DNA of 64,000 bases from Eledone cirrhosa (Eukaryota), in the NCBI GenBank assembly GCA_964016885.1, contig OZ024742.1:208072001-208136000 (forward strand), read 5' to 3'. The translations under genes and the position numbers were made by a program. Every line of letters begins with the position of its first letter. The stretch's first letter is position 1. Positions 28,185-41,174 of the stretch are shown here, in pieces. The notes under the pieces are model-generated. The model was not told where the DNA came from. It was given only the letters and a program-made list of their open reading frames with translations, and did no database searches.

Positions 28185-28967
28185 ATAACTACCATGTGGC
28201 TTGCTGTTTTCCGACCTTCGGTTTGCTTTTCCTTCTGTTGTTTATTTGTCTCACTCGCTTTACGCGTTTCACTTGTCCCAATAGCTTATTTTAGTTATTG
28301 CTCGCACCAACCTGAGGTATCTGATTTTTAATGCGATGAAATACCAATGATGGTTGGCAAAATCACTGATGAGGGACTAATTTTATAATATGTAATCCAT
28401 GTGCAACCATGCAGTATTCTTCTTCCCTTTGTTTTTCATATATATTTACCTAAACTGCGATTATCTGTTTCTCTCTTTCTCTCTTACTGCTCCCCCGTTC
28501 TCTCTGCTTCTCTTACCTTCTTTCACCCTCTCTGTCAGTTACACTTTTTCTTTCGACTGACCTCTTCCTCGCACTTCCAATCACTCACTCTCTGTTTCTC
28601 CCCTTATCACTTCCTCCCGTTCGCTACTAGTGGGGTTCCTTCTTTCTCACACCGACCTCACGGCGTACGGACTGCTTCTCTGACCGCTCATGAAATTCAC
28701 CCAGCTTATGCTGATCGGATAACTACCATGTGGCTTGCTATTTTCCAACCTTCGGTTTGCTTTTCCTTCTGTTGTTTACTTGTCTCACTCGCTTTACGCG
28801 TTTCACTTCTCCCAATAGCTTATTTTAGTTGTTGCTCGCACCAACCTGAGGTATCTGATTTTTAATGCGATGAAATACCAATGATGGTTGGCAAAATCAC
28901 TGATGAGGGACTAATTTTATAATATGTAATCGATGTGCAACCATGCAGTATTCTTTTTCCCCTTGTT

Positions 28968-28978
<11 letters not shown>
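28185..28978. repeat. pair of about 260-bp direct repeats around a non-coding spacer
   Basis: 28185-28445 is nearly identical to 28719-28978. Flanked by (TA)n. Each copy contains CTGATGAGGGAC. Confidence 0.8.
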
Positions 28979-29021
<43 letters not shown>

Positions 29022-29028
<7 letters not shown>

Positions 29029-29295
29029 AGGGTTATTTAATTTGTTGGAAGTCTGACAAATATAAATGTTTATAACTGATTTAGAGCACTCAACAGTTAC
29101 TGGAGTAAATATACAAGGATATTAAATAAATGGAAACTATATTTATGAAACGATATTTATTTTATTTTATAAAACAATCTTTGTATTGTATCTGATGAAA
29201 GCGTACCAATGTTGTCTTGGTACCCTTGAAATATATATAATAAAATAAAGATGGTTTTATAAATATAGTTTCCATTTATTTAATATCAGTGTATA
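29022..29295. mobile_element. fold-back element, family H, with hammerhead
   Basis: Arms GATATTAAATAAATGGAAACTATATTTAT and its reverse complement flank the HHR at 29184-29247. Confidence 0.7.
29184..29247 (+). ncRNA. type I hammerhead ribozyme
   Basis: TATTGTAT-CTGATGA-AAGCGTACCAA..TTGGTACCCTT-GAAA-TATATATA-ATAAAATA. Confidence 0.75.
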
Positions 29296-29389
29296 TATAT
29301 ATAAAGCTATATGCAAAGAAAATTGATGTACAATGCAGGAGTCAATACAGTCAATAAGGCATGTATGCTTTTGAATATATATATGTATA

Positions 29390-29459
<70 letters not shown>

Positions 29460-29726
29460 CATATATATATATTCGAAAGCATACATGCCTTATTGACTGT
29501 ACATCAATTTTCTTTGCATATAGCTTTTTTGCCTGTATTCTTTTGCTTGTGCTTTTCACTTAAACCTCTTACGCTTTCAACCAATGCTGCCTGTAATTGT
29601 GCTCTCTGAAGCAGAACATCTTTTTAACTCCTGACTCTCCACATGATGCCTTTCACACTAAAAATAATTATGTACCGTAAATGTTCTAAGTGACTAGGAT
29701 TTTAGTAACATGTTTCGACATTCCCT

Positions 29727-29774
29727 ATTCCCCGATGAAACCAGACTTCCCTCTGGAAGAAACAATTGTCAGCA
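29727..29774 (+). ncRNA. hammerhead-like motif in the PLE-2 5' pLTR (core CCGATGA)
   Basis: CCGATGA-AACCAGA..TCTGGAA-GAAA-CAATTGTC-AGCA. The second pLTR copy at 36061-36123 keeps the TGCT/AGCA stem I but carries a 24-bp tandem duplication. Confidence 0.55.
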
Positions 29775-29996
29775 AATAAATGTTCTAAATTAAAATTTGA
29801 TCGTTTTAACACTTTGTATCTCGGCTCTGTAATACACTTGAACATTTTGCATTGAGCCTTTTGTCATACCGGTAGCCGGCTAGCACTTAGTACTACCCTC
29901 CATATTTATAGTTGTATCAAATATATATAAATATAATTATCCTTATTACATATTCTGCTCCTTCTAGTAGAGCCGACATATATAGAATTACCGGTA

Positions 29997-32498
29997 TGTT
30001 GATCAAAGACTATCTTCCTTTGTCTCTAATAAACATACCTATCCCATCTAGCAATATATATGAAAAACTACTGATTAATAGTGTCAACTCTTTTATTAAA
30101 AGAGTTAGATGGAGGGCTTTCCACTATGCTAGGAACCATGGTGTGAAAGAACAAGATGCACCTTCGTTTGAAACATACGGCTTCAAAACATATAAAACCC
30201 TCCACACAATATCTTACTGGACTCATTTGAAAACGACCTTGTCTCACTTGTTAAAAGGAATAAGTACAGGAAATACTACAATAAGAAGAACAACTTCCTA
30301 AATAACCTAAATTCAACCATTAAAAACTTTAATAAAAATAGGAACATCTTAGTACTAGCTGATAAAAATAAAGTCATATATAGCCTAGATTACGATACAT
30401 ATAGAGAATTTATATATTAAGAAGTTTATAGGAACTACAAAAAACATCTCATAAAAAACCTAGATGACATAAATGACATAAAGCCCGTAGGTTAATATGT
30501 AATTTAGGACTAGAGAGATATACTCAACCGTAACCCCTGATACCCCACGATTCTCTATGAAAGACAATAATGATGACTTCAAAACTAACTCATCAATTAG
30601 ACTTATTTGCCCATCCAGATTCGACATTGGTATTATTAGTAAACAATTTTTAGATAAGGTAATCCCCCAAATTAAACAAAAAATCCATTTTAACCTCTGG
30701 AGAAACACTAGTGAAGTACTAGAATGGTTTAATGATATTAATGAAAATAATAATAAGAAATTCATCCAATTCGATATAAGCTCCTACTACACATCTATTT
30801 CACCTATCCTCCTAAATAAAGCAATTATAATGGCCATGAACAATAGTGAACTCACTAGATCCCAGGTAGATATAATCCTTGTGGCCAGGAAAACAATAAT
30901 TACATTTGAAGACCAACTATGGACCCGCAAGAATACACCCAACAAGTTCGATATCACCATGGGATCTAGTGACTCGGCCCAGGTAACCTACTTAGTTGGT
31001 CTATTTCTCTTAAACGAAATACATAAGAACCTACCTTACCTTAACGGTGTCTCTACCGAAATGATGCACTTAACCTCTTAGACTTTAAAAAAATCAATAT
31101 AGAAAGAACTAGAAAACAATTACATAAAATATTTAAAAACTACAACTTAGGTATCACTTTAGATGAAAACACCAAGAATGTTAACTTCCTGGACGTCACT
31201 CTCTACTTAGACTCTAAAAAATATACACCTTATCATAAACCTAATGAAACACATTTCTATGTTAAAACCAACTCTAACCACCCTGAATCTGTAATGACCT
31301 CAATCAGTAAAAGGGTATCTAATAGAATCTCTAGTCTTTCTTACAGCGAGAGTACAATTAATCGTAACTCCCAATACTATAATGAAGCCTTAGCCCGTTC
31401 CGGCCATAGAGATAAAATTAAATTTAAACCTAAATCGTCAACCACCCATAGAGAACCTAATATCATTTCACACAACATGGCCATGAATACAATTAAATAT
31501 GATCATAGTATTGAAATCCCCGACTCCTATACAGAGGGCATCACAAATGTTAAATCACACCACAGCAATAATCCTAAGAAAAACAACCGAAAGAAAAATA
31601 TAGTTAAGAAGGTTCCTAACACCACACTAAACATTAGTATGAATAACAACCATAAGAAGAATAGAAGAAGTAACACATGTTTTAATCCTTCGTTCAACTT
31701 AAACGTCTCAACAAACATATCTAAAGCTTTCTTCTCTACTTTGAACAAAAACTTTCCATCTAACCATAAATACCACAACCTAATTAAAAAAATACAATTA
31801 AAATCTCCTACTCCACCACACCTAACATAGCAGACCATATAGCCAGCACCAACAAGAGAAAGATTAAAAAGTACTTCAAATTACACCAAAGTAATAATGT
31901 CCAGCATAGAAATAACCTGAATAATAACACAGTACAAGACTATGCAGCAAGTCACACTAATAATACCAATAATAATTATACTTACCATAATCATAATACT
32001 AGAAGTAGAAACAGAAACAACCACTCAAATGCATACCCCCTTAACCACTATACTAGTTACCAAAACAATTGTAATTGTAGACCTAACAAGACATGCCCAT
32101 TAAATAAGAACTGCCTTATTAAAGACATTATCTACTCCGGTACTGTAACCGCTAATCACATCTAGAAAGGATATATAGGCTCAACATCGAATAGCTTTAA
32201 GACCAGATATAATTCACACCTTCATTCATTCAGACACCCTAAACTTAGCAATGTAACCTCACTATCCACATACATACACTCATTAAAATCAAGTAATATA
32301 CCATACACCTTAAAATTGGAAGTGATAGCTAAGGCCCCTTCATATAGACCACCTAACACATTATATAACCTTTGCATCCTCGAGTCTACAAATATTATTT
32401 GCACTCAACTTAGCCTGCTAAATAGGAAATCAGAGATCTTCTTCACGTGTCCGCATTACAATAGATTCTCATTCCACTATTTCAAACCTAGTAACTAA
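29997..32498 (+). pseudogene. PLE RT + GIY-YIG, multiply frameshifted
   Basis: SLINIPIPS..FIKRVRW, FDISSYYTSIS, FDITMGSSDSAQ, LYRND (decayed YRDD), NFLDVT, CNCRPNKTCPL and YIGST..FKTRYNSH. Paralogous to PLE-1. Confidence 0.9.
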
Positions 32499-32830
32499 TA
32501 ATAATAATAATAAAAATAAAAATAAAGACCAATGTCGGAGATAACACTTGACACCCACCTTTTAATTTAGCAATTAAATCTTCATGAATATAGCACTACA
32601 CCTTAATTAAAACTCAACACTAACCTACATACAGTCAATAAACCCCTTGTTTGATCTCTTACATTATACAATTAAAATAATTAAATTATATAGACACTCT
32701 AATATACTCTCAATATACAACACCAGCTAAATAGCAGACAACTGTATATATAACACCAATTACCCCAGTATATATTATGCAACTCACTATCCTGTCATAA
32801 AAAACTTCAACTCTCTCTGTACAATCTGTA

Positions 32831-32861
<31 letters not shown>

Positions 32862-33103
32862 GTAAGTATGTATGTATACGTACATACATATATGTATACA
32901 GACGTACAGTAGCATGCATATATATATATATATATATACACATATGCATACAGGTACACATACATATATGCACGCATCAGTTTAGCCGACGTTTATTATA
33001 ACGCAGCTTTGTTCGCTTGTTTGTCAACAAACCGAACAGCCTGAATTTATGCCATACGGTGTTAAGGCAACCACGTCACCTTTTTGTTCAACACTGACAC
33101 AGG

Positions 33104-33148
33104 AACGATGTACTAGTTTCAAGCTTGCTAGCTATCATCAGCACCGTT
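33104..33148 (-). ncRNA. type I hammerhead ribozyme, family C
   Basis: Minus strand reads AACGGTG-CTGATGA-TAGCTAGCAAGCTT-GAAA-CTAGTA-CATCGTT. Confidence 0.85.
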
Positions 33149-33342
33149 TACCCATCTGCCAGATAGTTGAACGTTCGAAAGTATATACTTTCGTTATGAA
33201 AATTAACGGCTGAGCAGCCTAATTTGCATATTGAGTGAGTTAAATCGGTCAGGCATACCAATGACAAACAAGCGAACAAAGCTGCGTTATAATAAACGTC
33301 GGCTAAACTGATGCGTGCATATATGTATGTGTACCTGTATGC

Positions 33343-33421
<79 letters not shown>

Positions 33422-33656
33422 TGCTACCGTACGTCTGTATACATATATGTATGTACGTATACATACATACTTACATTTAAGTAAGTGCCATACTAAGAGT
33501 GAGAAATGAAATTTCGTTTTCATTTTTTTTCAACTTGTCGTTTTCGGTATGCCTGACCGATTTAACTCACTCAATATGCAAATTAGGCTGCTCAGCCGTT
33601 AATTTTCATAAGGAAAGTATATACTTTCGAACGTTCAACTATCTGGCAGATGGGTA

Positions 33657-33701
33657 AACGGTGCTGATGATAGCTAACAAGCTTGAAACTAGTACATCGT
33701 T
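33657..33701 (+). ncRNA. type I hammerhead ribozyme, family C
   Basis: AACGGTG-CTGATGA-TAGCTAACAAGCTT-GAAA-CTAGTA-CATCGTT, with a 7-bp stem I, palindromic ACTAGT stem III and a GUA site. Confidence 0.85.
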
Positions 33702-34021
33702 CCTGTGTCAGTGTTGAACAAAAAGGTGACGTGGTTGCCTTAACACCGTATGGCATAAATTCAGGCTGTTCGGTTTGTTGACAAACAAGCGAACAAAGCT
33801 GCGTTATAATAAACGTCGGCTAAACTGATGCGTGCATATATGTATGTGTACCTGTATGCATATGTGTATATATATATATATATATATATGCATGCTACTG
33901 TACGTCTGTATACATATATGTATGCACGTATACATACATACTTACATTTAAGTAAGTGCCATACTAAGAGTGAGAAATGAAATTTCGTTTTCATTTTTTT
34001 TTTCATCTTATATATATATAT

Positions 34022-34494
34022 ATTGGTAAACGGAATAGAAAATGCTGACAAATTGTTCACAGTTGAAAAATGGTTTAATTAGGAATAAAAGAGTATTAGT
34101 GATTGTATGGGTTAGTATTCAGTTGTGGTTTTAAGTTTTTAAGATTTTACCGGTTGCGCATTTCTAAATGCTTTTCAAAAATAATTTTGAGATAGAGTGT
34201 CCGTGCTGTTTGCTCTGATCTGATTAGTTTTGAGAATTCTACCTGTTTTTATGTTAAAAAAGTGGCTCCCGCGTTATTTTTGTGTTGCAAAAATTCTTGT
34301 GGTCAAAACAATTTTGATTGGTCGGTAGAGGTCATGTGAATGTAAAAAGTTGATTTTGCGCCAAGATTGGCGCACACACACACACACACTTATCTTAATA
34401 GCCATTTGACACACATCGCTGCTGGCCATTGTCGCAGCATCGAACACCTTACTACTACTACTACTACACACACACACACATACACACACACACA

Positions 34495-34526
<32 letters not shown>

Positions 34527-35037
34527 TATTTGTTGTGAAAGAGTCATTTCTCAATCTTGGCGCAAAACCAATTTTTTATTCACATAACCGCTACCGACCA
34601 ATCAAAATTGTTTTGACCAAGAATTTTTGCTGGAGCCACTTTTTTAACATAAAAACAGTCTTGGCGCAAAATCAACTTTTTACATTCACATGACCTCTAC
34701 CGACCAATCAAAATTGTTTTGACCACAAGAATTTTTGCAACACAAAAATAACGCTGGAGCCACTTTTTTAACATAAAAACAGGTAGAATTCCCAAAACTA
34801 ATCAGATCAGAGCAAACAGCACGGACACTCTATCTCAAAATTATTTTTGAAAAGCATTTAGAAATGCGCAACCGGTAAAAACTTAAAAACTTAAAACCAC
34901 AACTGAATACTAACCCATACAATCACTAATACTCTTTTATTCCTAATTAAACCATTTTTCAACTGTGAACAATTTGTCAGTATTTTCTATTCCGTTTACC
35001 AATATATAATAACTTGTGTGTTACACCTCTATTCTTT

Positions 35038-35041
<4 letters not shown>
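34022..35041. mobile_element. fold-back PLE terminus, family I (related to the Neptune-type UTR)
   Basis: About 345-bp arms (34022-34372 and about 34660-35004), a partial extra copy at 34556-34660, a (CA)n loop and a tail at 35005-35041. Shares AAAAAGTGGCTCC and a TTGAAAA HHR-like core with 20953-21300. Confidence 0.8.
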
Positions 35042-35084
<43 letters not shown>

Positions 35085-36316
35085 TCACACACATATGTAT
35101 ACCTTATATTATATATACATATACTTACTATGTAAAAACAATCCAGTTATAATAAAATAATTCAAAAAATGCTTTTAACTCCCCCCCACTTAAGTTTAAA
35201 AGATAACAATTATATAACCAATAATAATATTTTATATACTCTATAAAAGTTAGTTTATTTCACTAGTACAATATTAAAACAACCCTTAATTTATCAACAA
35301 CCTTAATTACATCCCTTTGTTATTAACACCCTTTACAACTTCCTGTGTAAACTTATAAAATTAAGCAACCTAACGGTTTACCAACTTGTTAATATCGGTT
35401 AATACAAACCCTAGAAAAGATAATTTGTAGATAAAAAATGCATAAGATAATATACCTACAATAACAACATAGCCAGTAATTCGGTGGAATTTACATTTAA
35501 CAAACAAACACCTATTGACTACAAACGACACAAAATAATCCCATGGTTAATAGCTTTGTGTTACAAACAACAAATACACATACATACGAACTACAACACA
35601 AAAACACCTGAATGAAAATCACATATCCAACTCTATCACGTGCTTTGCATTACACCTTACATAACAAACATCTATATTATCACCACATGACTCTCTAACA
35701 AATTGCACACTATTTTAAACATTCATAACAATTATAACATGCTTTAACACCCCACACAATATATGTTTATTTCAACTGCATTATAACCCTTTCCTCATAC
35801 ATGCCTTATTGACTGTATTGACTCCTGCATTGTACACCAATTTTCCTTGATTATAACTTTTTTGCCTCTATTTTTTTGCTTGTGCTTTTCACTTAAACCT
35901 CTTACACTTTCAACCAATGCTGCCTGTAATTATGTTCTCTCAAGCAGAACATCTTTTTAACTCCTGACTCTCCACATGATACCTTTGACACTAAAAACAA
36001 TTATGTACACTAAATGTTCTAAATGACTAGGATTTTAGTAACATGTTTCGACATTCCCTATGCTCCGATGAAACCCTCTGGAAGAAACCCGATGAAACCC
36101 TCTGGAAGAAACAATTTTCAGCAAATAAATGTTCTAAACAAAAATTTGATCGTTTTAACACTTTGTATCTCGGCTCTGTAAAACACTTGAACATTTTGCA
36201 TTGAGCCTTTTGTCATACCGGTAACCGGCTAGTACTTAGTACTACCCTCCATATTTATAATTGTATCAAACATATATAAATATAAATATTCTTATTACTA
36301 TATATATATATATATA

Positions 36317-36914
<598 letters not shown>

Positions 36915-36980
36915 TATACTTTTGTCTTTTAATTCCTCGTATTTTTAATGTTATATGTGTATATATATATATATATATAT

Positions 36981-37568
<588 letters not shown>

Positions 37569-37750
37569 CTTTACGGTTTTTATATATTTGATATATATTA
37601 GTCCTTATCGAGCCCTCTTTGGATTTTAGTCTTCAAATTTTTTATTATTACTATTATTATTATTGTTATTATTATTCTTTGAGTCTCAGTCATTGAAGTT
37701 AGTTAACTGGAAAGTTTGTTGAAATGAATATCAAGCCACTACCTGCAGCC

Positions 37751-38640
37751 TCAGATATTCAGGACGTATCGGAGGGTTCTTGCTGTTCCCAGCAAGCATG
37801 CCTTTTGAAGCGTTCCAAAAAGCGTGAAGGGGCCAATTTTCTTTAACCATCCCTGGAAACTTTTTGAGATAGTCCCTACTGCGCCTATGACAATCGGGAT
37901 CACTTTGACTTCATGGCAGTTCCAAATCCTTTTTACCTCCCACTTTAAGTCCTGGTATCGGTTAATTTTCTCCCTCTCCTTCTCTTGCACTCTCGTGTCG
38001 AATGGGCAGGCCACATCCACAATCAGGCACGATCTTTTTTCTTTGTCCAAAACCACCAGGTCAGGTCTATTGTGTTCCAGTTTCTTGTCCGTCTGTATCC
38101 TAAAATCCCACAGCACCTTCACCTGATCGTTTTCTATCACCGCCTCTGTCTTATGCTCATACCACTTCTCAGAATGTGGTAAATTGTTTACTTTGCATAG
38201 GTGCCAGTGGATCACCCTGCCCATCACATCATGTCTCCAGCCCTTATAGTGAGTCTGGGCTAGGTGTTTACACTCGGATACAATGTGAGCCACAGTCTCC
38301 TCTCTCTCTCCACAGATCCTGCACAGTGGGCTAGCCTCCTCCTTGTAAACGTGGTGTTTCAACCACTTCGTTTTGAGGGCCTGCTCCTGCGCAGCCATTA
38401 ACATTCCTTCTGTAGCCTTTTTAAGGTCTCTTCTTTTCAACCAGTTCCATGTCTGTGGATCTCTAAATTCAGTTTTCTCAAAGAAGGTACTATGAAGGGA
38501 TTTTTCCTGAAGGCTGCTCTTTCTCCTTGATGTTATTTCCTCCTTGAACATTCCCTGGCCTATTGTCCCCTCCTTCAGTACAGTTCTGAGCATTGGCTCC
38601 TTACTATCAGTCACGTATTTGTAGGTTGTTTTTCTCCATC
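37751..38640 (-). CDS. R4/Dong ORF, C-terminal part (zinc knuckle + RLE endonuclease)
   Basis: CRICGEREETVAHIVSEC, RHD, NRPDLVV, IVDVACP and KEREKINRY. Confidence 0.85.
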
Positions 38641-41174
38641 TGAACACAGTCCTCTATGCTGATAAGACCTCTTCCACCTTCAGATCTCCTTATGAAGAGT
38701 CTATCGACATCACTCCTCTTGTGGAACATATTGTAGATAGTCAATAGCTTCCTAGTCTTCCTATCCATTTCTTTTTGTTCAGCAACATTCCATCTCAGAA
38801 TTCCCGCACTGTACCTAATAATAGACACAGCTCGTGAATTTACTGCACTTATGGCATTCCTACTGTTCAGATGTGACTTTAATACGCTCCTTATTCTCCG
38901 AAGGTATTCAGTCCTTATCAATTCCTTCATTTTTTTGTTCTTGATGTCATCAGCCTCCAGAACGCCCAAATGCTTGTATCCTTCCTCAGAGTCAATTTCT
39001 TTTATCATCTCACCTGTTGGTATCTGGATTCCGTTACTTCTGCTCAACTTACCCCTCCTCATCACAATGACTCCACACTTACTAATACCAAATTGCATAC
39101 ATATATCATTGCTGAAAATACGGACGGTGTCAACAAGCACATCCAACTCCTTCTCACTCTTCCCGAAGAGCTTAAGATCGTCCATGCAGAGGAGGTGATT
39201 GATGGTAAGCCCTCCCTTTCCCAACCTGTATCCTGCTCTCACTTTTCGTAGTACACTGGTCAGGGGCATCAGGGCAAGGACAAACAACAGAGGGGACAGA
39301 CTATCTCCCTGGAAGATACCTCTCTTGATCTTCACGCTTCCCAAGGATTCTCCAGTTGATGTTAACCCTGTTTCCCAGGACTTCATACTTTTGCCCAACA
39401 ACTGCCTGATGTTATCTGCCACCTTGAAGATCTCCAGGCTTTTGGTGATCCAAGAATGAGGCACCATGTCAAATGCCTTTTTGTAGTCTATCCATCCCAT
39501 GGCAAGACCAGTGTGTCTACTCTTGCAATTCCTCATTACCATCTTATCAATAAGTAACTGGTCTTTTGTACCACGTGACTTCTTTCGGCATCCTTTCTGT
39601 TCGTCCGGTAACAAGTTGTTTGTGTGGAGGTGATGGTAGATTTCCTCAGACATAATGCTTGTCAACAGTTTCCACATTACGGACAGACATGTGATAGGTC
39701 TATAGTTGGTAACATCATTACCCTTGATTCGGTCTTTCATTATCAGAACTGTGGTACCTTTTGTCAACCACTCTGGTACCTCACCTGACATCAAGCAGTC
39801 ATTGAACATGGTTGTCAGTTTCAGGTGGAGGGATGTTATGTTTTTAATCCAATACCCCTGCACACCATCTGGGCCAGGTGATTTCCAGTTGGTTAGTTTT
39901 GTGGCCTGCTCCTTAAGAGTTTCAACTGTGATACTCAAATCAGTTTGTTGGCGTGCCTGTTCACTGATCTCCTTCTGTACTGTCTCAATCCACACTGCCT
40001 GGTCATTATGTTTAACATCCTGCTCCCATATTCCTCTCCAGAATGTTTTAGTTTGTTCCGCCTCAGGGATCAAGTCGTTGCCTCTTTCTTTCCCTTCAAG
40101 CTGTCCAAACAGCACCTTCTGGTTGTTGTCGAATATGCGGTTCTGTCTATACTGGCTGACTCTGTTCTCGTATCTCCAGATTTTTGCACTCTTTGCTACA
40201 ATGCGTTGCTTCAGTTCCTCTATGATACTATTTAGATTATTCCTCCTAGTTTTGTACTTTATTTCCGGTCTATTTTTAGTGTCTATGTTTTTTAGTGTCC
40301 CATTCAGTAGGGACTCAAGCTTTCCAATGTCATTTCTCATTTCCCTGATTTGACCACTCAGTCGTTTCTTCCACCAAGGCTCTGCTCTTTCTTGTCTGTT
40401 GTTTCCTCTCGCTTTTATACCAAGTAGTTTCCTCACCGTATTTGCTGTTGCTTTGAGGATATTGTTGCACTGGTGAAGGCTCCTCGCCTCAAGGTATGGG
40501 ATGACTTTGTTTACCTTAGCTGTTGTTTCTTTTAACTTTTTCCTGTCTACAAATCTTAGGTTCATAGGTCTCCCACTATCATTGTTCAATTTCTCTACCA
40601 CTAAGTTTAGGATATCTACCAAATCTTGTCCTAGCCCGTCAGCATTCAGCTCCTCAGTGGCCGTATCTCTGTTCCAGGTATTATTTATCTCAGCATTCAG
40701 ATCATTGTCTGTTTCGGGTGGTTCCTCCGTTCTCTCGACCTCTTCACCTTCATTTCCCACTGGCTCATTTGCCTGGCATACTCCACCCTCCATCTCCAAG
40801 CTGATCTCTCTGCCCAGTTCCTCCTGTTCCAGCTCGCTTATCCATCCATTAGTTCTTATTACCCGAGCCTGCCCGGCCAGTTTTTGTTCATCTAATTTAA
40901 ATGGACCAATCTCGTTCCAGATGTTATACATCCTTTTCCTATAGCCTTTCTCCTTGGGGTTACTCTTCAGGTAACATAGCATAACAGTTCTATTCAATTC
41001 TTTCGTCCAGTTGGTTCTGGTCCGTTTCCTTCTTCTTCTTCCTCCGACACCAGCAGTATTTGTTTGACAGCCAGGTCCCTGCTGCTGAGCCAGGGAGCAC
41101 CTGCTGGGTGAGAGTCTGTCACATGACATTCTAGTCTCCATTTCACCGTTATTCGAAGTGTTTAGATTCGACAT
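38607..41174 (-). CDS. R4/Dong ORF, N-terminal part and reverse transcriptase
   Basis: 855 aa with WKSPGPD, NYRPITCL, EQKG, WIDYKKAFD, GIFQGDSLSPLLF, LCMDDLKL (YMDD changed to CMDD) and GGRGL. Frameshifted near 38640. Confidence 0.85.
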   Translation of the reverse strand: MSNLNTSNNGEMETRMSCDRLSPSRCSLAQQQGPGCQTNTAGVGGRRRRKRTRTNWTKELNRTVMLCYLKSNPKEKGYRKRMYNIWNEIGPFKLDEQKLAGQARVIRTNGWISELEQEELGREISLEMEGGVCQANEPVGNEGEEVERTEEPPETDNDLNAEINNTWNRDTATEELNADGLGQDLVDILNLVVEKLNNDSGRPMNLRFVDRKKLKETTAKVNKVIPYLEARSLHQCNNILKATANTVRKLLGIKARGNNRQERAEPWWKKRLSGQIREMRNDIGKLESLLNGTLKNIDTKNRPEIKYKTRRNNLNSIIEELKQRIVAKSAKIWRYENRVSQYRQNRIFDNNQKVLFGQLEGKERGNDLIPEAEQTKTFWRGIWEQDVKHNDQAVWIETVQKEISEQARQQTDLSITVETLKEQATKLTNWKSPGPDGVQGYWIKNITSLHLKLTTMFNDCLMSGEVPEWLTKGTTVLIMKDRIKGNDVTNYRPITCLSVMWKLLTSIMSEEIYHHLHTNNLLPDEQKGCRKKSRGTKDQLLIDKMVMRNCKSRHTGLAMGWIDYKKAFDMVPHSWITKSLEIFKVADNIRQLLGKSMKSWETGLTSTGESLGSVKIKRGIFQGDSLSPLLFVLALMPLTSVLRKVRAGYRLGKGGLTINHLLCMDDLKLFGKSEKELDVLVDTVRIFSNDICMQFGISKCGVIVMRRGKLSRSNGIQIPTGEMIKEIDSEEGYKHLGVLEADDIKNKKMKELIRTEYLRRIRSVLKSHLNSRNAISAVNSRAVSIIRYSAGILRWNVAEQKEMDRKTRKLLTIYNMFHKRSDVDRLFIRRSEGGRGLISIEDCVQMEKNNLQIRD

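Larger units (their letters stand above)
32860..34010. mobile_element. family C pLTR cluster (one inverted plus two direct segments)
   Basis: About 32860-33265 is on the minus strand, while about 33266-33530 and 33530-34010 are on the plus strand. Homologous to 6160-6725. Confidence 0.8.
29480..36300 (+). mobile_element. Penelope-like element (PLE-2) with direct pLTRs, interrupted by nested insertions
   Basis: Direct repeats at about 29480-29950 and 35796-36300 flank an RT + GIY-YIG remnant. The 3' UTR is interrupted at about 32860-35040. Confidence 0.85.

Noticed and set aside
37824-40944. Several plus-strand ORFs of 65-215 aa
   Set aside because: They are antisense shadows of the R4/Dong ORF.
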